DNA of 64,000 nt from assembly GCA_965207225.1 (NCBI GenBank), contig CBDBLV010000005.1:1248001-1312000 (forward strand), given 5' to 3'. Positions 39,074 through 48,832 of this stretch are shown piece by piece. The notes below the pieces were generated by a model. It was given only the letters and a program-made list of their open reading frames with translations, did not search any database and was not told the origin of the DNA. The position numbers were made by a program, and so were the translations under genes. Within the stretch, counting starts at the first letter, position 1. Each line of letters opens with the position of its first letter. This stretch comes from Dehalococcoidia bacterium. Its GTDB lineage: Bacteria > Chloroflexota > Dehalococcoidia > Plut-88900.

Positions 39074-39553
39074 ATGACCAAGACCTACACGGGCGACACC
39101 CTCGGCCAGGGCCTCCGCATCGGCATTGCCGTCTCCCGCTTCAACGAGTCAGTCACAACCAGGCTCCTAGACGGCGCCATCGAGGGCCTCACCGCTAATG
39201 GCGTATCCAGGCAGGAAATAGACGTGGCCTGGACGCCCGGCGCCCTTGAACTCCCCGTCGTCGCCAAGCAGATGGCCGACAGCGGCCGCTACGATGCCAT
39301 TATCTGCGTCGGCGCGGTCATAAGAGGTGAGACCGCCCACTTCGACTACGTCTCAGCCGGTGCCCAGCAGGGAGTAGTTCAGGCAGCCCTCGAAACAGGC
39401 GTACCCATCATGTTCGGGGTCCTGACCACCGACAACGTAGAGCAGGCCATGGCACGCTCCGGCGGCAAGAAAGGCAACAAGGGCTTCGACGCCGCTGCTG
39501 GTGCCATAGAAATGGCCAACCTCCTCAAGTCCCTCCCCGGCAGCTACTCCTAG
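39074..39553 (+). CDS. ribH: 6,7-dimethyl-8-ribityllumazine synthase
   Basis: SRFN, PGALELP, GAVIRGETAHFDY and GNKG. Confidence 0.97.
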   Translation: MTKTYTGDTLGQGLRIGIAVSRFNESVTTRLLDGAIEGLTANGVSRQEIDVAWTPGALELPVVAKQMADSGRYDAIICVGAVIRGETAHFDYVSAGAQQGVVQAALETGVPIMFGVLTTDNVEQAMARSGGKKGNKGFDAAAGAIEMANLLKSLPGSYS

Positions 39554-39567
39554 CCACACCCCTTCCC

Positions 39568-40047
39568 CTACCTCACCGCAAATACCCGATACCCTACACT
39601 GGGATTCGGCATGTCCTCCGGTATGAACCCCCGGGCCACACCCAAAATCCCGTTCAACCACCTGTACCTCTCCGACGCAGTCTCAAACAGCACCGACACG
39701 TAGAAGTAGGTATCCTCCTCCGGCCCCGGGTCTACCCACTTCCCTTCTTTGCCTGACCTATCCCTGTATCGGAATACCCCCCTGTAATTCATCATTATCA
39801 AGTCCCCGTCTTCCGATTCAAGCGTGATTCTGGCATCTATTTCCACAACTCCGTCGCTTCTCATCAGAAACGGGTCCCCACCCCCAGCCAACACCGTCCC
39901 CTTGAGCGCCGGCCCCTCCACCCATGCCCCTGCCCGAGGGTACGTGAACCTGCGATATCCCAGCGGCCCTTGCCCTATCACATGGTGCTTGCCCTGTGGA
40001 ATCTTCACCTCGAACAGGAACTCGGTCTCTATCTCTTTCGGCGCCAT
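39568..40047 (-). CDS. DUF3237-like protein, copy 1
   Basis: GP.L.GTVL.GGGD, DARITL and FETASERYRWLN. Confidence 0.8.
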   Translation of the reverse strand: MAPKEIETEFLFEVKIPQGKHHVIGQGPLGYRRFTYPRAGAWVEGPALKGTVLAGGGDPFLMRSDGVVEIDARITLESEDGDLIMMNYRGVFRYRDRSGKEGKWVDPGPEEDTYFYVSVLFETASERYRWLNGILGVARGFIPEDMPNPSVGYRVFAVR

Positions 40048-40279
40048 ATCCCACTCCTTACACTAAAATCACTGCCATCCCATTCTAACTCCCTGGATAT
40101 TCGCCCCCTCTCATCCCCAAGCCTCTTCTCCCTGTCATTCCGATGCCCCGCGAGGAATCTGGCGCGGGCGTTCCCTTCCCTCTGGGCCCTGCCGCAACAC
40201 ATCCCGAGTACCTCAAGGGCTTGAACAGGGACTCCCCCGCAAGGCCCCTTACATCACATCCGGCCCCCGACACACCTCC

Positions 40280-40747
40280 CTACCTGACTGCAAACACCTG
40301 GTACCCTATGCACGGCCTCGGAAAGTCCTCCGGGTTGAACCCCCTCGCCACCCCCACTATCCCGTTTAGCCACTTGTAGTTCTCCGACGCAGTCTCAAAC
40401 AGGACCGACACGTAGAAATACGCATATTGCCGTGTCACCTGGTCTTTCCCCGCTCCACCCTCTTCATAGCGCACTAGGCCCTTGTATTCCATCATTATCA
40501 GGTCACCGGCTTCTGACTGGATTGTAATCCTGGCGTCCACCAAGCCGACTCCATCATGACGCATGAGCAGCGGATCCCCACCCCCCGCCAGGACGGTCCC
40601 ATTCAAGGCCGGCCCCTCAACTATGGCCCCTTCCAGTGGATACGTTATCCTCCTGTTCCCCAGTGGTCCGTCTCCAATCAAGTGGTGCGGCCCCTGCGGA
40701 ATCCTTACCTCAAACAAGAACTCAGTCTCTATATCTTTCGGCGCCAT
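40280..40747 (-). CDS. DUF3237-like protein, copy 2
   Basis: Paralog of 39568-40047 (MAPK.IETEFLFEV...FETASENYKWLN). Confidence 0.8.
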   Translation of the reverse strand: MAPKDIETEFLFEVRIPQGPHHLIGDGPLGNRRITYPLEGAIVEGPALNGTVLAGGGDPLLMRHDGVGLVDARITIQSEAGDLIMMEYKGLVRYEEGGAGKDQVTRQYAYFYVSVLFETASENYKWLNGIVGVARGFNPEDFPRPCIGYQVFAVR

Positions 40748-40942
40748 CTCTTACTCCCTACGCATTGATTGTTGCCTTTCATTCTAACCCCGAGCTCCCA
40801 TATCCCCTTCCCATCCCGAGGCCCCGCGAGATGCCTGAAGCGTCCTGCATTCCTTCCACATCAATCGCCGCACCCCACCCCCTTGCCCCCTCCTCCCTTC
40901 CCCGATACCATCAATCCCAACCATTCCCCACAAGGAGCCCCC

Positions 40943-41818
40943 ATGCCCAAAGCCAACGTAAACGGCATCAACCTACACTACGAGACCCGCGGCCAGGGTT
41001 TCCCCATAGTCTTCGTCCACGAATACGCCGGCAGCTGGGAGAGCTGGAATTCCCAGGTCGCCTTCTTCTCCCGCAGCTACTCTACCGTCGCCTACAACGC
41101 CCGCGGCTATCCCCCCTCAGACGTCCCCTCCGACCCCGACTCCTACTCCCAGCAGCATGCCGTCGATGACCTCTACGGTCTCCTATGCCATCTGGATATC
41201 AAGGAGGCCTACGTTTGCGGCCTCTCTATGGGTGGCAACGTCGCTCTACATTTCGCCTTCCAGCATCCCGCAATGGCCCGGGGCATCGTCGTCGCTGGCA
41301 CGGGCTCCGGCAGCACCGACTCATCGCGCTGGGGCCATCAGATTGACGACCTCGCCACCAGGATGGAGACCCAGGGCATGGACTCCATGGCCTTTTACAC
41401 CAGGACCCAGACCCGCACCCAGCTCCTTCGCAAGGACCCCGACGCCTGGGAGGAGTTCAACCGACTCTTCCTTACCCACTCCGCCATAGGCTCCGCCCTC
41501 ACCTTCCGCGGCGTCCAGGGCAAAAGACCCTCGATTTTCGACCTCGGTGATCAGTGCCGCCGGCTAACCGTACCCACTATCATCATGGTCGGCGACGAAG
41601 ATGCCCCCTGCATCGAGCCCTCCCTCTTCATGAAGCGCAACATCGCCCCCTCCGGCCTCCTCGTATTCCCCCAGACCGGCCATACCATGAATCTCGAAGA
41701 GCCCATGCTCTTCAACCACTCCGTCCAGATGTTCATCAACGCTGTCGAAGAAGGTCGCTGGGCAACCCAGGACATCACTCAGGACCCCGACTTCCTCGTC
41801 ACCCCCGACTCCCGATAA
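40943..41818 (+). CDS. alpha/beta hydrolase
   Basis: GLSMGG nucleophile elbow, GDED and GHTMNLE; AAGGAG RBS before MPKANV. Confidence 0.92.
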   Translation: MPKANVNGINLHYETRGQGFPIVFVHEYAGSWESWNSQVAFFSRSYSTVAYNARGYPPSDVPSDPDSYSQQHAVDDLYGLLCHLDIKEAYVCGLSMGGNVALHFAFQHPAMARGIVVAGTGSGSTDSSRWGHQIDDLATRMETQGMDSMAFYTRTQTRTQLLRKDPDAWEEFNRLFLTHSAIGSALTFRGVQGKRPSIFDLGDQCRRLTVPTIIMVGDEDAPCIEPSLFMKRNIAPSGLLVFPQTGHTMNLEEPMLFNHSVQMFINAVEEGRWATQDITQDPDFLVTPDSR

Positions 41819-41921
41819 ACCAACAACAAGGCTGCCCGGAACTCCTGGCCAAGGGTTGTGGGAGGGGTCCGGCCCCCTCTCCTTTGACGGGAGAGGGCTG
41901 GGGTGAGGGTGGCCCCACCCC

Positions 41922-43001
41922 CTACAACGAATAGTGCTCCCGCGCCGCCAAATGCGTCGGATCATCCAACCGGAAGGTATCCGGGTTCCGACCCCTCTCC
42001 AGCGCCAGCCAGTACGTGAACAGCTGCAACGGCACCAGGTACACTACCGGCGACAACGCCTCCACGACCCCCGGCAGCCTAATCACATTGTCCGCCACCG
42101 ACGCCATATCCCCATCCCCCTCAGAAACCAGGGCGGTCAACCCCGCACCCGTGGCTTTTGCCGCCTTCCCTATCTCCACCGATCTCTCGTACCCGGGCCC
42201 CGGGGGTGAGATCAGCGTCACCGAGCACCCCGGCCCCGTCGCCACGAACGGCCCGTGCAAGAACTGCTCCAACTGAAAGGCAGTGGTTACGTCGTAGGCC
42301 GCCTCGTTTATCTTCAACGCCACCTCGTACGCCGTCGACGCATTGGGCCCCCATCCCGCAAAGCAATACCACGCGAAGTCCCTTACTTTCCCAACTAGCT
42401 CCCTTACCTGCTCCTCCGTCCTCAGCGCCGACGCCACGGCCCCTGGTAGTCCCTCCATCTCCCGACCCAACCCCTCCCCACCATCGACCCGGGAAGCGAT
42501 CATCGCCAGCGCAGTCATCGCACCCGTATGGCTAATCGTGAATGCGGAAGACCGGTCCCGGTACGTAGTTCTCACCACCACGTCTGCCTGGTCCAGCTTC
42601 GCCTCCGAAGTCTGACAGGTTACAAGGGCCGTAGACGCCCCCGACGCCTTCGCCAGTGCTAGCGCCTCCCCCGAGTAGTGCTTCGTCCCGCTATGGGCCA
42701 TCACTATAACCAGGTCGTCACTAGAGAGTTGCGGGGGATAGGAGGCAAACTCGAAAGAATGCCACGCCCTCGCCTCAGACAACCCCACAGATCTGAAAAG
42801 ATGTTCCCCCACTAGAGACGCATGCCAGGACGTCCCGATTCCGCACACATGCACTTTTCTTACCCTCGACACCAGGTCCGCAACCTCGTTCGCCGCCGAG
42901 CCCTGACTGCTCAAAATCTGAGCAATCGCCTCAGGCTGGTCCTGGATGCAATCGTGCATATAATACGGGTGCTTTTCCCGGGGAGGTGGTCTCTTCGCCA
43001 T
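41922..43001 (-). CDS. SIS-domain sugar isomerase/deglycase (GlmS C-terminal/FrlB-like)
   Basis: GIGTSWHA, HSGT, EVALKINE, EQFLHGP and GRNPD. Confidence 0.88.
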   Translation of the reverse strand: MAKRPPPREKHPYYMHDCIQDQPEAIAQILSSQGSAANEVADLVSRVRKVHVCGIGTSWHASLVGEHLFRSVGLSEARAWHSFEFASYPPQLSSDDLVIVMAHSGTKHYSGEALALAKASGASTALVTCQTSEAKLDQADVVVRTTYRDRSSAFTISHTGAMTALAMIASRVDGGEGLGREMEGLPGAVASALRTEEQVRELVGKVRDFAWYCFAGWGPNASTAYEVALKINEAAYDVTTAFQLEQFLHGPFVATGPGCSVTLISPPGPGYERSVEIGKAAKATGAGLTALVSEGDGDMASVADNVIRLPGVVEALSPVVYLVPLQLFTYWLALERGRNPDTFRLDDPTHLAAREHYSL

Positions 43002-43032
43002 CTGTTATCTCCTGGTTGATATGGAAGTCGGG

Positions 43033-43063
43033 AGTATAACTCCGAGTCTACGGCCAGACAAAC
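43033..43063 (-). promoter_or_regulatory. possible promoter of the SIS gene
   Basis: TTGTCT-N17-TATACT on the - strand; the -10 lies inside a GGAGT-ATA-ACTCC palindrome. Confidence 0.4.
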
Positions 43064-43197
43064 GTCCCGCTTAAACTAGTTAGACTGACCGCGCAAACTT
43101 TCTGTGTAATGGTTATTGAAAAGCGTTCCAGTACCAACCAGAGATTACATGGCCTGAGGCCCAAGACCGTAGTGCAGACTATCCGCAGACCTCAAGA

Positions 43198-43749
43198 CTA
43201 CAAAGGCAGCAGTGGCCTGTCCCCCGACTCCAGCGGCACCTCGAACGTGTTCAGCGCCCCGGCTAGCATCGCGTAATACCCCGTCGTCGCCGTCAGGTCA
43301 ACCGCCCCCCGTGCCCCGAATCTCCCCAACACTGCTCCTCGGGCCTCATTCGACGCCTTGTGCTCCCGTATCGTCTCCTGCACGTACCTGACAACCAGCG
43401 CCTCCACCTCATCCAATCCCGACGGTGCGGTCCGGTCTCTCACCGCCGCAATTGCCTCCTCCCTGACCCCCGCCTCCCGGGCCAGCGGCTCATGATACGT
43501 CCACTCGTACTGGCAGTCCCACTCCCGTGCCGTTACCAGTATCGCCAGCTCCGTGACCTCTCCCGGCAGGCTCGATTCGAACCTGATGTAAGCTCCCAGG
43601 TGCCCCACCCGACGTCCAGCTTCCGGGCTGTTCAGCAAAACCGAAAACGGTCCCGACACCCCACCCCTGCTCCCCACAATCTCGTCATACGCCTCCCACC
43701 CTTCTTCCGGCAGGTCTTCCCTGCTTTTGATTCTCGGCACATTTGTCAT
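43198..43749 (-). CDS. carboxymuconolactone decarboxylase (CMD/AhpD) family protein
   Basis: GPFSVLLNSP and ELAILVTAREWDCQYEWTYH. Confidence 0.85.
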   Translation of the reverse strand: MTNVPRIKSREDLPEEGWEAYDEIVGSRGGVSGPFSVLLNSPEAGRRVGHLGAYIRFESSLPGEVTELAILVTAREWDCQYEWTYHEPLAREAGVREEAIAAVRDRTAPSGLDEVEALVVRYVQETIREHKASNEARGAVLGRFGARGAVDLTATTGYYAMLAGALNTFEVPLESGDRPLLPL

Positions 43750-43769
43750 GAATTCATCACGCCTTTCAG

Positions 43770-45143
43770 TTAGTCCGCCGGTCCTCTCTTGAACAGCGAC
43801 ACCACCACCAAACCTCCACCTATAATCATGATGATTATCGTCGGCATAATCAGGCTATTCGTCACGTCCGTTATCATCGATGTCCCCACATCCACTGCCA
43901 GCTGGCACAGCGCCGGTTCTACCTCTGCCGCCCTCCCCACCAGCCCGTCGCACCCTACGTGCCCCACCTCCAGGAAAGACGCAAACATCCCTGTCAGTTG
44001 ACTCTTCAAGATGAGAGCCAACCCCAGGAACGCAAGCCCCGACAGCAATATCGCCAGACCCGGCCACCCGATGAATCCTTTCAAACCCGGCAACTGGAAC
44101 AGCCCTAGGAGAACACTGAACCCCACTATTGCCAGTATCCCTACCCAGGACCCGGCCGTGCCACCCCACGTCAACCACCCCCTGTATCCATCCACCTCCC
44201 GAAGCACCTCGTCCTTGCCCACCCCCCGATTCTTCGCAATCTTGCCTAGTGGATCAAACCGGTCCTCTCTGTCCAGCTGGTTGTCCCGGAATTCGTCCAG
44301 ACCGCTCTGGATCAAAGGCCCGACCAACGGCTCCACCGCCACGACTAGCACCTCCGTCAACGCTTCCCGAGAGTCAGGTAGTCCAAACGCTGTATGAATC
44401 TCGTCATCCACCTCATCCAGAAATCCGAGAATCTCCGGCGAAAGACCCCTCTCCCTCGCCAATTCCTTCGCCCGGGCATACGCCTCCGGCCTCTCATCCG
44501 CCGCCACACCTACCAGCGAAGGCGCAGTAATTGGGAACCGCGGGTCCTGCAGCTGGATTAATGTATCCGCCAGCCCTTCACTCAGGGCTTCGGCTCTCTG
44601 CACGTCCGTGCCCTCCACCGGCGGCAGGATCGTCAGGTTGTCTTCTATCTCCTGCGCTAGGAACCGTATCAGCGCCGGCTTGGCTGTACCTTCCACCGGC
44701 TCGACTCCCTCGGGAGCAGGTACCCCTGTCCCGATAATTGGCCGGAAATAGATGTACACATTCGGTATCTCTATTGGCTCTCCCGTGGCGGGATCAATCT
44801 CCTCGTTGAGATACTCCACCGCCCCCCCCACCCCCGCTTCCACCTGCCTCCGCAACTCCGGTGGCGGCAGAATGTCCTTTATTAGCGGCTCAACGTCCTC
44901 TTCTTCCAGTTGAATGTTGCCTAAGAATGTCGCCCGCTCATCCCCTTGTATCTGCTTTATTACCTCGGGCACCAACACGGCATCGTATAGTTTGTTATAC
45001 GCGTCGTTCTCCGAAAAATGCTCGAAGTAGAACTCCTCGGATAGAAAATGGGAGTGCAGCGCATGGGTCGTCAGATAGCTCAACACCCCCAGGAAAATCA
45101 GCAGCCCCAGTATCAGGCTTATGACAATCCTAAGAGTGCCCAT
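43770..45143 (-). CDS. hypothetical membrane protein
   Basis: One N-terminal TM, a ~290-aa acidic soluble region, three C-terminal TMs; - strand codon bias. Confidence 0.75.
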   Translation of the reverse strand: MGTLRIVISLILGLLIFLGVLSYLTTHALHSHFLSEEFYFEHFSENDAYNKLYDAVLVPEVIKQIQGDERATFLGNIQLEEEDVEPLIKDILPPPELRRQVEAGVGGAVEYLNEEIDPATGEPIEIPNVYIYFRPIIGTGVPAPEGVEPVEGTAKPALIRFLAQEIEDNLTILPPVEGTDVQRAEALSEGLADTLIQLQDPRFPITAPSLVGVAADERPEAYARAKELARERGLSPEILGFLDEVDDEIHTAFGLPDSREALTEVLVVAVEPLVGPLIQSGLDEFRDNQLDREDRFDPLGKIAKNRGVGKDEVLREVDGYRGWLTWGGTAGSWVGILAIVGFSVLLGLFQLPGLKGFIGWPGLAILLSGLAFLGLALILKSQLTGMFASFLEVGHVGCDGLVGRAAEVEPALCQLAVDVGTSMITDVTNSLIMPTIIIMIIGGGLVVVSLFKRGPAD

Positions 45144-45201
45144 GCTTCACAATGACCGCTGCTCGAAATGGCCCCCTGGCCCCGACCCGCCGAGATTCGG
45201 C

Positions 45202-46122
45202 TCACCGCTCCTGCTTCCCGTCCCGAAACTCCCTTGGCAGGATAAAGGTGATGTTCTCCTCCGCGCCCTCCAGCGTGCTTACCCTTTCGGGGTTTAGCGC
45301 CTCGACAACCTGTTTCACCAGCAGTTCCGGCGTGGATGCCCCCGAGATTATCCCCACCCTTTTCACGTCCTCCCCTATCTCCAACCCGTCCAGGTCCTGC
45401 GCCCCGCTGATAAGGTACGCCGGCACCCCCAGCGCCTCCGCCACGTCCCTCAATCGGTTGCAGTTGGAGCTTTGCCGCGCCCCGATTACCAGCACCAGGT
45501 CCGACTTCTCTGCCAATCGCTGCACCGCTTCCTGTCGATTCGTCGTCGCGTAGCAGATGTCGTTCCTCACCAGTGAATTCGAAAAGCGTTCCTTTACCTT
45601 GTCAACGGCTTTGGACGTGTCCATCACTGACAAAGTTGTCTGCGTCAAGACCACCAGGGGGCTTTCTTCATCCCAATCAGGAAGGTTGATCTCCTCCCTT
45701 TCGTCAATCAGTTCCATGGACGTCTGCCCCATCGTCCCGATAACCTCCTGGTGTCCCGGATGGCCGATCAGGACAACCTTCCGACCCTCCTTGGCGTATT
45801 TCCGCGCTTCGTTATGTACCTTAGTCACCAGGGGGCAGGTGGCATCGATCACCCTGTGCCCCTTCTCCCGAGCTCTTTCGAAATCCTCGGGCGGAGACCC
45901 GTGCGCAGAGAACACAACCACCGCATCCTCAGGAACCTCGTCCACGTCCTCCACAGTTATCGCTCCCTTTGCCTCCAGCGACTCCACAACATAAGGGTTG
46001 TGCACTATCTCGTGCTTCACGTATACGGGTGGCCCGTACTTCTCCAGGGCCAACTCAACGATGTCTATCGCCCGCACCACCCCTGCACAGAAACCCCTCG
46101 GCGTCGCTAGAAAAACCTCCAA
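45202..46122 (-). CDS. ispH: 4-hydroxy-3-methylbut-2-enyl diphosphate reductase
   Basis: PRGFCAGV, HEIVHN, SAHG, DATCPLV, QTT, ICYATTNRQ and SSN; probable TTG start. Confidence 0.97.
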   Translation of the reverse strand: MEVFLATPRGFCAGVVRAIDIVELALEKYGPPVYVKHEIVHNPYVVESLEAKGAITVEDVDEVPEDAVVVFSAHGSPPEDFERAREKGHRVIDATCPLVTKVHNEARKYAKEGRKVVLIGHPGHQEVIGTMGQTSMELIDEREEINLPDWDEESPLVVLTQTTLSVMDTSKAVDKVKERFSNSLVRNDICYATTNRQEAVQRLAEKSDLVLVIGARQSSNCNRLRDVAEALGVPAYLISGAQDLDGLEIGEDVKRVGIISGASTPELLVKQVVEALNPERVSTLEGAEENITFILPREFRDGKQER

Positions 46123-46305
46123 AGTTGCATCTCCCTTTTTCCGCTCAGACTTGCTCCGCTTCAGCAATTATACATCCCAACCACCCTAACCCTTTTCCAA
46201 TTCCGACGCCCCGCTAGGAATCTGGGACTAGCCCGCACACGTTTCCTCTCCCAATGGACACCCTTCCCTCCTTTCACTAACATTACCCCCGTCTCCCACC
46301 CAACC

Positions 46306-47481
46306 ATGCACCAGCTCCTCCAAAACCTCAAGGTACTCGACCTCACCCACTACGTCGCTGGCCCCTACTGCACCAGGCTCCTCGCCGACTACGGCGCCGA
46401 CGTCCTAAAGGTCGAAAAACCCCATACCGGAGACCCCGCCCGACGCCTCTCTCCCTTCCAAAACGACATTCCCCAACCCGAGGAGAGTGGCCTCTTCTTC
46501 CACCTCAATGTCAACAAGCGCAGCATAACCATAAATCTACAGTCGAGGCTCGGTCGGCAAATTATCCAGCGACTCGTCCGCTGGGCCGACATCCTAGTCG
46601 AAAGTTTCCGACCCGGTACAATGGCCCGACTCGGCCTCCCATTCGACGCGCTCTCCAGCATCAATCCCTCCCTGCTCATGGTCTCAATCTCTAATTTCGG
46701 GCAGACCGGTCCCTACAGGGACTACTCCCTGGATGAAATCACCGGCTACGCTATGGGTGGCATGATGCACGCCAACGGTCTCCCGGAACGCGAGCCCCTA
46801 AAGTTGGGCGGACGCGTCGGCCTCTACCAGGCCGGGACCGTCGCCGCCGGCGCAGCCCTTACCGCCCTCTACGGCGCCCGGGCAACCGGCCGCGCCGACC
46901 ACGTCGACGTCTCTATTTTCGAGACCCAGGCTGGCAGCATCGATAGACGCGCCAACTGGATTCTCGCCTACCAGTACACCGGCGAAAACGCCCTCCGCCT
47001 TGGCCCTACCCTCTATTCCGCCCAGCGCCCGACCAGTGACGGCTACATCGAGATGTGGACCGTGGGCGCCATGCTCCCCCGACTCGCCAACGCCCTCGGA
47101 ATCAGCATCGACCACCCCGAGCGCCAGGCCGACCTACTTGAAGAACTAGAAGCCCGGGTCCTCGACTGGAGCCTCAGCCACACAAAGCAGGAACTCTGGT
47201 TCAAGGCCCAGGAGCAGCGCATACCCTCAGGCCCCCTCAACTACATAGACGAAGTCCTATCCGATCCCCAATTCCGGGCCATAGGCTTCTGGGATAACGC
47301 CGAACATCCCCATACCGGCAATATCCGCTTACCCGGCGGCCCCTTCGCCCCCCATACCGCCCCGAGACAGCTCCGCCGCCCCGCCCCCACCCTCGGCCAG
47401 CACAACCGAGAAGTCCTGTCCGGCCTCCTCGGCTTCACCACTTCCCAACTCTCTCGCCTGGCCCAACAGGGAGCCATCTAG
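46306..47481 (+). CDS. CoA transferase family III (CaiB/BaiF)
   Basis: VLDLTHYVAGPYCTRLLADYGA, NVNKRS and APTLGQH. Confidence 0.92.
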   Translation: MHQLLQNLKVLDLTHYVAGPYCTRLLADYGADVLKVEKPHTGDPARRLSPFQNDIPQPEESGLFFHLNVNKRSITINLQSRLGRQIIQRLVRWADILVESFRPGTMARLGLPFDALSSINPSLLMVSISNFGQTGPYRDYSLDEITGYAMGGMMHANGLPEREPLKLGGRVGLYQAGTVAAGAALTALYGARATGRADHVDVSIFETQAGSIDRRANWILAYQYTGENALRLGPTLYSAQRPTSDGYIEMWTVGAMLPRLANALGISIDHPERQADLLEELEARVLDWSLSHTKQELWFKAQEQRIPSGPLNYIDEVLSDPQFRAIGFWDNAEHPHTGNIRLPGGPFAPHTAPRQLRRPAPTLGQHNREVLSGLLGFTTSQLSRLAQQGAI

Positions 47482-47484
47482 AAA

Positions 47485-48789
47485 ATGACCGGCGAGGGTA
47501 TTGGCCGCTTTCCCCTTTCCAACACCCGCGTCCTCGACCTCTCCATTGTCTGGGCCGGACCCTACGCCACCCAACTCCTCGCCGATTGGGGCGCAGAGGT
47601 CATCCGCGTCGAACCCCTCTCCGTCTTCCAGCCCGTCACCCGTGGCGTCGTTCCGCGACCCCAAAAAGGCCAGTTCCTCTCAGCCCATAAGTTCCCCAAC
47701 AACGACCCCGAACCCCGGCCCTGGAACCGTGACTCCGCCTTCAACACTCACGCCCGTAACAAGCTCAGCATGTCCCTCAACTTGGACGAACAAGACGGTC
47801 GTTCAGTCTTCACCGACCTGGTCTCCATTAGCGATATCTTGCTGGAAAACAACCCCGTTTCCACCCTCGCCAAGCTCGGCATCGACTACCCCTGGCTCCG
47901 AAACATACGGGCCGATATCATAGTAGTCCGTATGCCTCCCTACGGCCTGCACGGCCCCTACCGCCATTTCCGCTCCGTTGGCTCATCCCTTGAAGCCGTT
48001 ATGGGCCACACCAGCATCCGCGGCTACCGCGATACCGACCCCTCAATGACCAGCACCGTCTACACCGCCGACGCCGCAGCCGGGGCCAACGCAGCCTTTG
48101 CTGCTGTTTCTGCGCTGCTCTTCCGCCAGGAATCGGGGCTCGGGGGCCTTATAGAGGTCGGCCAAGCTCAGGCCATGCTCCCCTACCTTGGAGAAGCCCT
48201 CGTAGACCACTCCATGAACTCCCGTGTCCAGTCCACCCTCGCCAACGCCGACTATTCGAAAGCGCCCCACGGCTGCTATCCCTGCGCTGGCGGGGATAAC
48301 TGGATAACGATCTCCATAAACTCCGATGCCCATTGGCAAGCCCTGTGCCAGCTAATCAACTCCCCTACCCTGTCCAACGACCCCCGCTACAACACAGTCC
48401 TCGGACGCTGGAGATGCCAGGAAGAAATCGACGCCCATATAGCCCGCTGGACTCGAGACAAGGCCCCCCACTCACTGATGACCCAACTCCAACGCGCAGG
48501 CATTCCCTCCGGCCCGGTAATGAAGGAGTCGGCGCTCCTGGCCGACTCCCACCTCGCCCACCGCGGCTTCTTCCAGACGTTGGACCACTCGGAAACGGGT
48601 GTCTACCGCTACCCCGGCCCCATGTGGCGCTCCCGGTCCCTCCCTAACCAACTTCGCACCCCGCCCTGCAACCTCGGTGAGCACAACCCCTACGTCTACA
48701 AAGACCTGCTAGGCTACGACAATACTAGATACGCCGACCTGGAGACCGCAGGCCACATCGGAACCGAATTCCATACCCACGTCACCTGA
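47485..48789 (+). CDS. CoA transferase family III (CaiB/BaiF)
   Basis: VLDLSIVWAGP..LADWGAEVIRVE, RNKLS and LGEHN. Confidence 0.92.
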   Translation: MTGEGIGRFPLSNTRVLDLSIVWAGPYATQLLADWGAEVIRVEPLSVFQPVTRGVVPRPQKGQFLSAHKFPNNDPEPRPWNRDSAFNTHARNKLSMSLNLDEQDGRSVFTDLVSISDILLENNPVSTLAKLGIDYPWLRNIRADIIVVRMPPYGLHGPYRHFRSVGSSLEAVMGHTSIRGYRDTDPSMTSTVYTADAAAGANAAFAAVSALLFRQESGLGGLIEVGQAQAMLPYLGEALVDHSMNSRVQSTLANADYSKAPHGCYPCAGGDNWITISINSDAHWQALCQLINSPTLSNDPRYNTVLGRWRCQEEIDAHIARWTRDKAPHSLMTQLQRAGIPSGPVMKESALLADSHLAHRGFFQTLDHSETGVYRYPGPMWRSRSLPNQLRTPPCNLGEHNPYVYKDLLGYDNTRYADLETAGHIGTEFHTHVT

Positions 48790-48832
48790 TGCTTCATTAG
48801 CATCCCCCCGCAGCGGCGATCGGTGGGTACCC

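Noticed and set aside
43002-43197. glmS ribozyme upstream of the SIS-domain gene
   Set aside because: The core AGCGCC...GACGAGG is not visible, the gene lacks a glutaminase domain, and the predicted promoter leaves only a short leader.
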